This document shows, in pieces, positions 13,920 to 27,873 of a stretch of 64,000 nucleotides of DNA; within the stretch, counting starts at the first letter, position 1, and each line of letters starts with the position of its first letter. Origin of the DNA: the human T2T-CHM13v2.0 reference genome, Homo sapiens; assembly GCF_009914755.1 (NCBI RefSeq), contig NC_060947.1; one strand, 5' to 3'. The notes beneath the pieces were generated by a model. The model saw only the letters and a list, made by a program, of their open reading frames with translations, did no database searches and was not told the DNA's origin. A program made the translations under genes and the position numbers.

Positions 13920-15740
13920 AGAATGTTCACCTAATCATTATTTATGAAGAGAAAATCTGTAATAGCCTACATATAAAACAAATGGAGATTCATTAAATGA
14001 ATTATAATAGAATAATATATACAGTCATTAAATAATGATGTAGATCTCTCTGTTGACGTGGGAAGACACGTGATATATATGGAAAAGCAGGTTACAATTA
14101 AATGCCTATATCACACCACAAGAATCAATTCCAAGTGAATTGAGGAGATGAATGAGAAACAAAACTTTAAAATTTTGAAAATAGAAGATAGCCTCAGGAT
14201 AGGGAACAATATCCAAAACAAGACAATAAAGGAGTACAAACTGTAATGGAAACTGCTAAATCTGACTCCATTAAAATGTGAAATTTCTATTCAACAAAAT
14301 AACTACATAAGCCACACATATCAACAAAGGATTAATATTGAGATTATATAAAGAAATAATCATAATAAAAACACAAGCATCTCAACAGAAAAAGTAGGCA
14401 AAGGATATTAATAGAGAATTCACAGATTTCTAAAAATGGCTGATAAACATTTGAAAAGTTCCTCAACCTCAATAATAATCATGGAAATGCAAATTAAAAT
14501 TACAGAGGGATACCAATATTAGTCAACTGACTGGCAAAAATCTTTAAATCTCATGTTGCCAAGTATTTGCAAAAATATGAAGCCACAGGAAATCATATAC
14601 ACAAGTGAAAGAGTATCATTTTGCACAAACACATTGTAGAGTAATTTGACTGTATTCTAAAGTTGAAGATTTGCACCTTGTACCCAGAAATGTCATGCCC
14701 AGATAATACTCCAGATACAGGTCATCACGCTTTTTCTGTAAAGGGCCAAATGGTAACTATTTTTGGTTTTGCAGTCCATACAATCTCTGTCATTGTGGCA
14801 TAAAAGCAGACATAGACCACAAATAATAGGATATAGCAGTGTTCCAATAAAACCTTATTTACAAAATCAGGTAACTAGACAGATTGAGCCCATGGTATAT
14901 AGTTTCTTGATCCTTGTCCTGGAGAAACTATCACATATATACATAAGAAAGGAGACAAGCAAAATAATATTCATTGCAGCAATATTTATGATGGTGAAAA
15001 ACTGGAAATAATCTAAATCTCCATCAGCAACAGAATAGGTAAATAAAGAGGGCTAAAGTCATAAAATGGAATATGACACAGCAAGTGAAATGAATGAGTC
15101 AAATTATATTTAATGATATAGTCAAACCTTAAAAATAATGACGTTGGTTAAAAACGCAAGTGTGTGTGTGCATAGACATATATAGTTTAATAACATGAAA
15201 ATCTATCAAATACCTGTATGTTTTATGAATACATATGTATGTAGTAAAGATATTATGGAAATGATGAATACCAAAATCAAAAGAGTGTCCCTTAGGGGAG
15301 AGAGGGAGAGAGGAAATAAATGGAATATGATAAAGGAGTAAACAGGTGCATTTAACTTCATCTATTTGATTTCATTTTTTAAAACAGCACAAAATTATCT
15401 GAATATGAATAAATCTCGTTGTGGAAAAATGTTGCTATTTGACAAAGCTGGGTTGTGGATACACAGGTATTCACTTTATTATTCTATTATCTGTGCTTTA
15501 CTGTATGCCTAAAATATTCCATAATAAAAGAACAGGTTAAAAGAATGCACAGTATTATTTTAAAATATGTATTGAAAAAATTAATATGGATAGCATATTT
15601 TTTAAAGACTTAGAGGATATACACCAAAATGCTAACAATAGTTGTTTTGTGATTGTGGGCTTATGGGTACTTTTTATTTTGTTCATTGTGTTTTCCCATA
15701 TTGCCAAATTATTAACAATTAACTTGTCACATTATTTTTC
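13920..15740 (+). mobile_element. Old L1M (L1ME/MC-like) 3' fragments
   Basis: Degenerate L1 ORF2-end/3' UTR motifs: ataatcatggaaatgcaaattaaa, ttcattgcagcaatatttatgatggtgaaaaactggaaa. Confidence 0.7.
14718..14916. mobile_element. MER58A-like hAT fossil nested in L1M
   Basis: tttttctgtaaagggccaaatggtaa..gtgttccaataaaaccttatttacaaaa..gtttcttgatccttg. Confidence 0.8.
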
Positions 15741-16224
15741 AACAATGCATTCATTATGGGATATTTGGAAAGCACATCAAAATATTAAAATGAAAAAAGT
15801 CATCCACAATCCCATTGCCTTCCTAAAGGAAACCTCCATTAATATTTTTAGCACCATTCTTTCTATTATATATTTTTGGTCCCCTATCTGTCTCCTTGTC
15901 ATTGAGATCATCCTGAGTATACACTACTACTGTTTGCTTTTATTCATTTATTCTAAGCAGTTCCTTGTACTATTCAAAATTCTTTATAAGAATCATTTCT
16001 ATAGCTGTGTACTATTTGTGTAAATTTGTAAATTTGCAACTTTAAGCATCTTTTGGAAATTCTGGAAAATATTTACCTACTAAATGTATAATGTAAGCCT
16101 CAAATTCCAGAGCTTCTTCCATACGTTCTATACATTAACTGAGGGTCAATGGGGCATCTATCAGTACTGTTATTTTTTGTTGGTTTTGTTCTTGCCAGCA
16201 TTCCACAAATACTAAAACACTCAC

Positions 16225-16333
16225 TTGAATACAATAATTTAAAAAATGGATTTCTTACACTGTCTTTTAGACCAAAATCAACTGGAGGCTTTCTCAATAT
16301 GTTATCAAAGCTCCTTTGGGCTCTCATGATCCT
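16225..16333 (-). CDS. Candidate exon (RIMRAQRSFDNILRKPPVDFGLKDS[VRNPFFKLLYS]); alternative donor after 16259
   Basis: Acceptor ctgttttaccag; donors AGT|gtaaga and CAA|gtgagt; open frame in unique DNA. A plus-strand AG..GT reading of 16271-16336 is also possible, so support is weak. Confidence 0.22.
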
Positions 16334-16339
16334 CTGGTA

Positions 16340-16540
16340 AAACAGTCCGCTGATTAAGAGATTTTTTTTGTGCCCTTGATTCAACAGGGTAGAAGCTGAC
16401 AGCTGTCATTGTGTGGCCCTGGCACATACCATGAGCTGGCGGCCTCCATCTGGGACCCTGAACATGCTTTGCAAACCTCTCAACCACATGCAAAGTTAGG
16501 TGACATTTTGAAATATGGTTTTATGGTGTAATTACCCAGA
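16340..16540. promoter_or_regulatory. Candidate homeodomain enhancer
   Basis: Palindrome TGACAGCTGTCA (TALE MEIS/TGIF/PKNOX dimer site) at 16397-16408; TTTTATGG (posterior HOX/CDX) at 16519-16526; TAATTA at 16529-16534. Confidence 0.3.
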
Positions 16541-17119
16541 AACTCATCAATGCCTACGGGTACCTTGATATTTTATTGCTGTGGAACTCATCATCCACTA
16601 TCTTAAAGTATGTCATTTGTTGGATCCCAATTCAGTAGCTCTGTCATTTCCTAGGTGTTATTTTAAAAGGTTATTGAGGGCTTTCTGTGAAATAATAAGG
16701 TGACAAATGTAAACAAGACACTTTCAAACAGCTATTTCATTAATCCAGTTGTTATTGTTTTTCATAATACATATCCTTGGGTCATTTAAAGCACTTCACT
16801 TTCTTAAGCAAGGTACAAACAAGCTTTGCTTTTTTAAATTGTGAAATAGAAAGTGACAGAAAAATCAAGACAGTTGGAAGTTCAATTTTGAATTGACCAG
16901 TCTCCAACTTTCATGTATTGCTAAATAAGCCCCTAGTCATCATTTGGCTTTTGTTATATCAACCTCCCCACTAGCCTTCCCCAACCTTCCAACTGCTTTT
17001 GACCTATCACCTTCCCAAATACAAGAGGTTTCTTCTTGTTGGCATAAAGATAATCTGAGGGCACATCCCGAATTTTAGCCACTCCAGACACTGACCCTAC
17101 CAATCTATCTGGTGAATCT

Positions 17120-17235
17120 ATAAGCTCCATAAGAGAGAGGACTGTGCTTTATTTATCCTTGTAATCCCAGCCAGTGCCTAGAATGATTCCTGAAGCACAT
17201 AGTAGGAAACAAAAAATCCTTGTTAAATTGAATTG
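17120..17235 (+). mobile_element. L2 3' end
   Basis: taagctccat..aggactgtg..ccagtgcctagaatg..gcacatagtagg..ttgttaaattgaattg. Confidence 0.7.
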
Positions 17236-18031
17236 CAAATACCCAGAGGCAAGTCTCAAAATTTGTGAGTTACAGGCCACAGTGAATGTCAAACTAAGGA
17301 GAATAATTGGGTATTCATGTGTGAGCATTAGATCACACTGATTAATGATTTAAAGTATTACCTTACCACACAAAATATCTGCTTGGCTTATGAAATGTGA
17401 AATATGCTGGGTTATTTATAAAAGATCTGTATTTAAAAGAACATGAAGTCTTCTGTAAGAAAATATGCATCTCCTACTTCGCCAACAGTAAAAAAACATA
17501 ATATATATTTTGAAGTACATACAAAGGACTAGTGTTGATAACATTAAAATAGAATGTGGCCTACCCATAAATACACATTGTATTTCACAACTCCCTACCT
17601 TCTTTAATCATCACCGTCTGAAATGTATCTCGTTAGTACGGAAAGTACAGTGGCCTTTCTGTCCTCTTAGTTTAGTTGCCAACTGCAACCCAAAATAAGC
17701 ATATTCCTTGGACAGGAATACCCAAAGCATTTAATGGACTATAAGATTCTTGAGGGTTTTGTCCACCTCTATATCCATAATAATTATGACTTACTGGTTT
17801 ATAGCAGGAAAATATTTATTGAATGTCTTTGCCCCTCCTCTAATTCTTGTCCCAGTGGGTGAGAGTGGGGGTTGGGGTGGCTGACAAACCTTGAAATTCT
17901 TTTGAGAACATTATTTGACCTCGGGTCCAGTTTCAGTCATCAGCAGTAGTAACCACACTGCACTGCAAAGTCCAATCGCTGTGTAAAAATAGCCACATGG
18001 AACAAGAGTTTGTGAAATTATTGCTCAAGGT

Positions 18032-18354
<323 letters not shown>

Positions 18355-19319
18355 TATTGCTCAAGGACTCAAAAAATAATAGAAGTACTAGACTATAATA
18401 GTATAACAAACCTCCCAGTTAATTCTTCAATTTGTCTTTATATCAAGTAAAAACTAATACCAATACAACTGTTTTGATGTCTTCATTGACACAATAAGTG
18501 ACAGGAGCAGTACTAAACAGATTTTATACCTGCACCACATACATGCTAGATGCAATTTCTTTGCTACAGCTCAATGCAAATAATGAAATTTTCTATTAGG
18601 TAGGCCATGTGCTTTTATTAAAGTAGCATATTTAAAGGGAAATGGATGTACTTCTAAATATTTAGAATACATTTCTAGCTCTGTTTCCACATTATCATTT
18701 AGGCTCCTTTGTCCTTGGAATGTTAATAGTACCAATTAGGCTTACAAATAAGTGTAAGTTTAATGGCTGAGCTCTAACAAACCTCTTGCAGTGTTTATCA
18801 CTGCAAAGATGAATAGTTTTAGGAGGCTGCTCTCTCAGCCAATCTAGTTAAAATCAACGGTGATGTGAATGTTAAAGTTAGTCTGGGGAGGTTTATACCT
18901 TGTAGCTGAAGAACCCAGTTGAATAACTTGGTCATTTCACACTTAGAGCTTTAGTTCTGTTATGTCAGTGGTGCTACTTGTGAGATCTCACAGACCTTAC
19001 CCAGTCCTCAGGCTTAGGCTATACTACCGGCCACTGTTAGAGGTGATGCCTTATATTAGCACTGTGCTTAACAGTTTCTCAAAGCTTACCCACATGCATT
19101 AATTGCTTTTAAACTTAAGACTCTGAGAAATAGTCAGGGTAGGTATTCTCATTTCAAACAGGCTCTCAAAGTCTAATGTCAGACAGCTAGTAAAGTAATT
19201 GGAGCTGGTGGGAGGCCCTTAGGAGACTGTTGTAGATATATACATAGAGAGAGAGATAGTCAGATATCAGGTGATACAAATTTAAAATAGTGTTGAGTCA
19301 GAAAAAAATGAGAAAATAT

Positions 19320-19920
19320 AAAATATTTTTAATCATTATAAAAGCAATGCATGTATATTTTTTAAACTTCCAAACAATTTATAAGTGTATACATTAGAAA
19401 GTTAAAGCAAATTCCACCCTTCCTCCAAACACCTTTTCCTATGGGTAATTATTCTCAATAATTTGGTGCATATCTCTTGTCTTTATTTTTCCATACAAGT
19501 AATATATATGTGAATGTATGTATCTGTGTATAGGTGTGTAACCAAAATGGGACCATATTATACATGCTATACATGCTGGCCTGCAATTTATATTTTTATC
19601 TTAACAATGTACCATGGACATTTTTTCTTGTCACTACTTATGGATCCACCTTACAATTACTAATAGCTGTGTTCATAGAATAGATGTACAATTAACCAGT
19701 TCCCTGTTGCCTCATAGGTAGTTTCCTGTTTTGGGCTATTTTAAATAGTGCTGCAAAGAATATCTTGGTTTACATATGTTGACACACTTGAGTATTCCCA
19801 TAGGATAGTTTCACAAAATTGTAAGTGGTAGGTCAAAGTATATGCATTTTAGATTTCAACAGATAGTGTCTACGTGCCTTCTAAAGAGGCTGTACCAATT
19901 TACAGTGTATGAAAGTGCAT
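19320..19920 (-). mobile_element. Old L1ME-like 3' fragment
   Basis: gggctattttaaatagtgctgcaaagaatatcttg..ggtcaaagtatatgcatttt..ggctgtaccaatttaca. Confidence 0.65.
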
Positions 19921-19929
19921 GGAAGGTTA

Positions 19930-20420
19930 TTTTGAAGAAATAGCTGACAGGATGTGAAGACTGATTGGATTAGGAAGGAAAAGCAGAGTCAAAGATAACT
20001 TCAAACTCTGAGGTCTGAGTGATTTAAAGAATGGTGTCACCTTTGACAGACACAGGGAAGTTTGAGGGAAGCATGGTTTAAAAGGAAAAAAGAGTAAACA
20101 TAAAAGGACAAAAGGCCAGAGACAGAGTCTCTAGGCTCCCCATAGTAAGAAAGCAGAAAGAAAAGCCATCAAGGGGAACAGAGGATGCATAGTCAGAAAT
20201 GTAGGGTGACAAATCTACAAGGAAACAGTTCTAAGGAGAAGCTAAGCCTTGTGACATGGCATAGAGGTAAGGAATAAAACATGGCTTTGAATGTAGTCAT
20301 CAGAAAATCACTGGTAGCCTTCAAGAATGCAGTTTTATATTGGAGAAGTGGAAAACATAGAAAACAATTTTAAAAAATGGGAAAGGATCTTCCATAAAGA
20401 TTAATCATTCTAGAAAGTCA
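19930..20420 (-). mobile_element. L2 fragment
   Basis: tgacaggatgtgaagactgattgga..gagtcaaagataacttc..gaatggtgtcacc, antisense L2. Confidence 0.6.
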
Positions 20421-20781
20421 GTAATGAAAGGAAAAGGGAAAAGAAAAGTGAATGCTGAACAATATGCCCTTCCTCCCATCTGAAGGACATCACTAGAAAT
20501 TCCTATATTTGGGTCTTGCCTCTTTTTCAGGTTATAAGAGGTCTGATAAACAAATAAACGGTCCCAGTGCAGTAAGCTCTTGAGCTTTCCTTAGCCTAGA
20601 GAGGTCTAAACAGAGCAGGAATGAAAGAAGGAACCAATAATCAGGGGAGATAGGAAAAAATTTGAAAGAAGAATAAGACAGTAAAGACATGCTTTAACTA
20701 CTTCAAATTTTCTTCTTCAAAATGCCAACCCAATGAAATAAACAATGTCAATATACACAATGCATCACTACACAAGCATTA

Positions 20782-20935
<154 letters not shown>

Positions 20936-21450
20936 TAATTGTACAACTCTCTATACATTGACATGGAAATACATACTCTATATTTTAGGTTAAAATAGGT
21001 GATAAAATGGCATGTTTGTGTAATCTCATGCATATAAAGTTATATTCATCTTTGCACTTAATACTAAACAATGTCCAACAGATGTTAACAGTGATTCCCT
21101 GGGTGGTGTGATTACGGGTAATTTTTTGTACTCTTTATTATTTGTAATATACGTGTGAGTTTATCATTTTACTGAATCAATAAGAGTATTTTTAACTGCC
21201 TTCTTGGCTCCTGGCTTTGGCAAAAGGCAATCACCACTGGGCTGGATAAGCCAGATGGTGGAGAAAAGATGGGAGTAAGTCCTGAGACTACTTTTTTTTT
21301 TTTTTTCTGAAAGATTGCCAGAACAGATAAGTCACAACTAGAAGCAGAAACAACCCAGGACATTTTGACAAGGACAATTTTTGAGTTAGGAATCAGGGAT
21401 AAAATGAGAAATAAAGTGAAACCTAGGAATTGGATAATTGGATGAAATAA

Positions 21451-21829
<379 letters not shown>

Positions 21830-23259
21830 CCAAGTTCCTGTTTTAAAAAGATGAAAATGAAATGGTTTGTTCTTATATCAAAATGTCATGTTCCTATTCC
21901 AAAAGATCCAACCCATTCCCTAAAATCAGATTTCTTGGCTACCTTATACTGGCATATTTTCAGAAAGCCAACAAAACTGAATACCAGGTACACATCACAA
22001 AAATTTAATGATATCAGACACTCTCTCCAAGCAATCCCTGCAGTGTGCAAGTCTCCCAAGGTTGTGTTCATTTCTCATGCTTGTGTTATAAAATTATCAC
22101 TACCTTAGGAAAATGGATTTACAAGTCCTAGGAATTGTTCTTTGAAGGTATGAAATACGGCCAAGTAAAGGGACTGTACTGAGACAAAAATAAAATCACC
22201 TTAGTCAGCTGCCCTATCTGCCCCTATTCAAGTAAGTCCTCTAAACGACCATACTCCCCCCACCCCCACCCACATGCACACACATTTCCCATATAGCTTG
22301 TTGAAAAGTGTTGAAAGATCTTGGGAGATATTTCTGTCCACATTTGAAAAATGGATGCAGGAGAAAACCAGTCATTTCATAATTGGCTGAAGACATGAGG
22401 GGTTAAAGGGATTACTCCATCCCATTAAAAAGGCTCCACTTAAATATAAAGATTTTCTTAAGATACCCCTTTCACAAAGAATGATTTTAAACCTCCTTTC
22501 ATTGATATTCAAAAGGTAATAGTCCTGGAAACAGAATCTCTGCCAGTAGTCATCACCTGATGCTTGCAGTAGATTTGCAGGTATGTCAAAAACCGTTAAT
22601 CATGTAGGTCTTTGATTAATCCACTTTAATTATCTCCATGGTCTATATAGCAAAACCAAGTGGATTTTTATTATGAAGAAAGAATCACTGTATAATTGCC
22701 AGTGATGCAAAATTAATGAGGATAACTCAAGTTTTATGGTAGACTAGCATAGGAAGCAAAAGCTGTAACAGGTGCTTAGTCAAAGTAATTTCCAAACTTC
22801 AGGACTGATCTTCCTTTTGCTTCTGATAAAGCAGAACCACAGCCCTAGAAATGCAAATAAAAATATTATCCACTGAAAGAAATTCCGATCACAAAATTGC
22901 CCCTGAAGTATATGCATCTATGCTTAAAGGATGTATATGAACACCTCCTAGCAAAGTGATGACTTTTCATTTTTAAGTGCTTGCCTTAAAAATCATTACT
23001 TATTCAACCAAAGGGATAGGGGAACAAATAATGAACAACTGAGAATCTTTCCTGGGCCTAATTAACGCTGAAAAAAATCAAAAGTACACGCACGTTTCTA
23101 TCACATATGCATAGTTTAGAGTTCCTCCCCACCTCATGCATCCCTTATTTCACTTAGCTTCCTTGGAGGCACAGCACAAAGAAAACTATAGCCAAATATA
23201 CACTCTTTTAATTCAAGCATCAATCACTCATCTTGGTTATCCATGTAGTTGCATAAGTC

Positions 23260-24515
23260 TAAAACTAAAGTCATCCTTGACACACTTCCACCTCCTTCAT
23301 TCCCAATATTTAATCAGTTTCTAAGATGTATTGAGTGCATCTTCTAAATCTTTCGAATGCATATCCACTTTTCTCCAGTTCCACTAGCAATGTTCTAGCC
23401 AAAGCTATTAACATTTTTTATTCAAATTTGTAAAACAAACTGCCTATATGATATCTCTTAGATCTTTCAAATTTGACACCTCTAAAACTGAATTGATGGT
23501 AACAGTCCCCAAACCCACTCCTACCTGGTCCACTTTCAGTGCTTTCTCTCTTAATGAATGGAAGCACTAATCATCCAGTTATGCAAGATAGAAATCTAGG
23601 TGTCATCCACGGATCTCTCCTCTTCTCCCATATACAACTGGAATCATTTATACCTCCTAAATGCGTTCAAATCCTTCTACATCTTTTTATTCCTACCAGG
23701 ATCACCATTATACTCCTTAAAACTAATGCCCAAAACACTCTAGAGGGCTCTAATTTGTGTACCAACATCCACTTCCCAATTCTAAATTATTTGTATATGC
23801 AGCAAAAAAATGTTTTAAATCATGCCCTCCTGGCCCTCTTGCTTAAGTCTTCACTGGCTTCCCATAACTCTTAGGATAAAAATTAAATTACCTGATAAAA
23901 TCTCTGAGATCATGAGTGTTCTGGCTCCTCTTGCCTATTTCTCCAGTTTATCTTGCACATTCTTGCTCTCACTCTCTTTCTACTCAGTTCTCACTAGCCT
24001 TTTTAGAAACCAACTTGCCATGCTTGCTTTCTTCTGCAACAAGAACTTTGTACATGTTTTTCTTAGAAAGAAAACCCCATGATATTAACTTAAGTCACTC
24101 CTACTCATCTTTCTGATCTTACCTCAATCATCAATTCCTCCAGTTCCACCACATTGCACAGCTCCTGGGGATGTTCTTCATGGTGTAGTCCATAAGAATG
24201 GAACCTCTTGCAGTTGTAAAATGTGCACCCTGAGAAAAGTCCCAATTTCTTCTCTTTATCTCTTTCTCAGGGAAACCTTTTTTTACCTTTGTAACAAGGT
24301 TATAGGACCATGTAGCTTTCATACTTTACACTCACAACAGTTATACTTTTGACATTTGTGTGATTACTTGATTAGGTTTTCTCTTCCCCACAAGACTCAT
24401 AAGGGTGAGGGCCTTGTCAGTTTTGTTCATTGCTCTATACTCAGTAGAGGTACTCTAGATACCTATAGCACAGTACTTGTTGTATAGAAGGGCGCTCAAA
24501 ATATTTGTGTTGATC
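23260..24515 (+). mobile_element. L2 LINE fragments with nested MER91-like piece (~24145-24235)
   Basis: ctaaaactgaattg..catccagttatgcaagatagaaatctaggtgtcatcc..ggcgctcaaaatatttg L2 motifs; tgcacagctcctgggg..gcagttgtaaaatgtgcacc is MER91-like. Confidence 0.65.
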
Positions 24516-25216
24516 AAAGATAAAAATGGAGATGTAAGAGAAGCTATGAAAAGTTGCTCTTCCTTTATGTTTTATATTTTAGACTGGAACATGCTTTTAC
24601 CTACCCCTCATCCCTAGATCATAGGAGGTTCACTTTCCATGGAAGCAGAAATGAATCAGGTTGGATAAATAATTAACATTTCCTCACTATAGAGTACTTA
24701 ACATATGGTAATGAAACAATAAATAATTATCATTATCATTCATTCTTATATTTTTATTATGCTAATCCAATGAATTTAAAAATCAATGTAATTAACCATA
24801 CCAACAGATATAAGAAATGTTGTCAAAATTAAAACTCATTTATGATAAAAACTCTCAGCAATCTAGAAATAAATGAGAATTTTGTAGATAAATGGTGTCT
24901 ATAGAAAAAAGTCTTACAGATAGCGTTATCCATTAACAGTGAAAGGTAGAATATTTTCCTAATAAGTAATAAGGCAAGGATGTTCACTGTTTCCAATCAC
25001 ATTTAACATCATGCTAGAGATTCTGATCAGTGTAATGAGGCAATAAAAAGAAACAAAATACATACAAACTGGAAAGAAACTTATAAAACTGTCCCTACTC
25101 ACTGATGTCATGACTTTCTATTTAGAAAATCTGACAAAATCCGCAAAAATAGGTCCTAGAATTAATGAATAAAGTTTAGCAAGTACACAAGATACGAGGT
25201 GAACATGTGAAAATCA

Positions 25217-26140
25217 GCAAAAGCAAAAACTGACAAATTAGGTCTAATTAAACTTAAGAGCTTCTGCACAGCAAAAAAAAAAAGCTGCACAGCAACAGAA
25301 TAAACAGACAATCTATAAAGTAATACTTTTATTTTTGAATATTCAGTTATAGGGTTTTTGTACACTGTTGGTGGGAAAGTAAATTAGTACAATCATTATG
25401 AAGAACAGTCTGGAAGTTCTTCAAGAAACTAAAAATTGAGCCACCATATGATTCAGCCATCCCACTGCTGAGTATATGCCCAAAAGAAAGTTAATCAGTA
25501 TATTCAAGATATTAATATATCTGCACTCCTATGTTTTTTGCAGCACTGTTTACAATAGCTAAGATTTGGAAGCAACCTAAGCATCTATCAACAGATGAAT
25601 GGATAAAGAAAATCCGGTACTTATACACAATGGAGGACTATTCATCCATAAAAAATAATGAGATTCAGTCATTTGCAACAACATAAATGGAACTGGAGGT
25701 CATTATGTTAAGTGAAATAAGTCGGGCACAGAAAGACACATATCGCATGTTCTCACCTATTTATAGGAGTTAAAACTTAAAACAATCAAAATCATGGAGA
25801 TAGAGAGTAGAAGGATGGTTACCAAGGCTGAGAAGGGTAGTGAGGAGTGGGCAGGGGTGAAGTGGGGATGGTTAATCGGTACTAAAAATAGAAAGAATGA
25901 ATAAGATGTAGTATTTGTTAGCACAACAGGGTGACTAGAGTCAATAATAATTTAATTGTAAATTTAAAAATAACTAAAAGAGTATAATTGGAATATTTTT
26001 AACACAAAGGATCAATTCCTAAGGTAATGGATACACCATTTACTCTGATGTGATTATTACACATTGTATGCCTGTATCAAAGTATCTCATGTACCCCATA
26101 AATATATACCGCTATTATGTATCCACAAAATTAAAAATTT
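25217..26140 (+). mobile_element. L1MA-type 3' end nested in older L1
   Basis: gcagcactgtttacaatagctaagatttggaagcaacctaag..gcacaacagggtgacta..tgtatccacaaaattaaaaa. Confidence 0.85.
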
Positions 26141-26571
26141 TTTAAATACCAACAAACTTTTTAAAAAATAGAGATAAACAAGTTAATTCTAAAATTAACA
26201 TGAAAAGCAAAGGACCTAGAAGAGCCAAAACAATTTTGAAAAAGAACAAAGTTGGAGGCCTCACACCACCTGAACCGATGACTTGCTATAAAACTATAGT
26301 AATTACTACACTTTGGTATATTGCTGAAAGAAGACACATAGACCAAAGGAACATACTTGAGTCCAGAAATAGGCCCATACATATATGATCAGTTGATTTT
26401 CCACAAAGGTGTCAAAGTAATTCAATGGATAAAGAAAAGCCTCATCAATGAATACTGTTGAAACAATTGAACATTCATATGCAAAAAGAAAAAAGAACTT
26501 TGATCAGTGCCTTCAACCATCACACCATATAAAAATTTACTAAAAATGGATCATAGACCTATATGTTACCC

Positions 26572-27442
26572 AGTGGAAGTGGCAACACTCACCATCACTT
26601 CTAGTGACCCACTAGCAAAATTTTTGCTTCCTGTTCCCATGACATTATGTTCTGCCGGCCTAGTGGTCTTAGTTCCAGAGGGAGGAACGCTGCCACCAGG
26701 AGACACAACAACAATTCCATTAAACTGGAAGTTAAGATTGCCACCTGGATACTTTGGGCTCCTTCTATCTTTAAGTCAACAGGCTGGAAAGGGAGTTACA
26801 GTGTTCGCTGGGGTGACTGGCCCAGACTATCAAGTTGAAATCAGTCTACAACTCCACAATGCAGGTAAGGAAGAATATGCATGGAATACAAGAGATCCAT
26901 TAGGGTGCTTCTTAGTATTACCATGCCCTGTGATTAAGATTAATGGAAAGCTACAAAAGCCCAATACAGGCAGGACTACAAATGGCCCAGACCCTTAAGG
27001 AATGAAGGCTTGGGTCACTCCACCATCTGCTGAGGTGCTTGCTGAAGGCAAAGGGAATACACAATGGGTAGTAGAAGACAGTAGTCTGAATACCCGCTAC
27101 AACCACTTGACCAGCTGCAGAAATGAGGACTATAATTGTCATGAGTATTTCCTCCTCCTTTTGTTAAAAACATTTTGTGCATGTATACACTTGTACTAAA
27201 AAAAATCTGCATTTTATTTACTTTCTCCTTTATCATGTGATATAAGATTTATTGACTTCACATTAGCACTTAAGTATTGTTAACTTTATGTAATAGTATT
27301 TGGGTTGGGAATTGGTGTGTTTTCAGTTGTACAAAGGATAGTTGTATTATGTTAGGCATAATTATGACCTTATTGTCTTTATTTAAAGATTATGTATAAT
27401 CTCAGGAGATGTGTATGGGTTCAAGTTGACAAGGGGTGGACT
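26572..27442 (+). mobile_element. HERV-L internal 3' segment including degenerate dUTPase
   Basis: Translation LVPEGGTLPPGDTTTIPLNWKLRLPPGYFGLL..GVTGPDYQVEI..LHN is dUTPase-like; polypurine tract aaggggtggact precedes the LTR. Confidence 0.9.
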
Positions 27443-27873
27443 TGTGATGGTTAATACTGAGTGTCAAGTTGATTGGATTGAAGGATACAAAGTATTGTTC
27501 CTGGGTGTGTCTGAGAGAGTGTTGCCAAAGGAGATTAACATTTGAGTCAGTGGACTGGAAAAGGCAGACACTCCCTTAATCTGGGTGGGCAAAATCTAAT
27601 CAGCTGCCCAGTCAGCCAGAATAAAAAGCAGGCAGAACATGAAAAGGCTTGACTGGCTTAGCCTCTCAGCCTACATCTTTCTCCCATGCTGGATGCTTTC
27701 TGCCCTAGAACATCGGACTCCAAGTTCTTCAGCTATGGGACCCCGACTGGTGTCCTTGCTCTTCAGCTTGCAGATGGCCTATTGTGGGACCTTGTGATCT
27801 TGTGAGTTAATACTCCTTAATAAACTCATGTATATATCCTATTAGTTCTGTCTAGAGAACCCTGACTACTACA
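27443..27873 (+). mobile_element. MLT2A LTR (3' LTR of HERV-L)
   Basis: tgtgatggttaatactgagtgtcaa ... tagagaaccctgactactaca, TG..CA termini. Confidence 0.92.

Noticed and set aside
15586-16023. 145-aa hydrophobic ORF as a membrane protein
   Set aside because: AT-rich decayed L1-like sequence; the I/F/L bias follows from base composition.
26507-26998. 163-aa ORF with dUTPase similarity as a functional or domesticated gene
   Set aside because: It is HERV-L internal sequence read in from L1 DNA without a proper ATG, and motif 3 is degenerate (GVTGPDYQVEI versus GVIDxDYxGEI).
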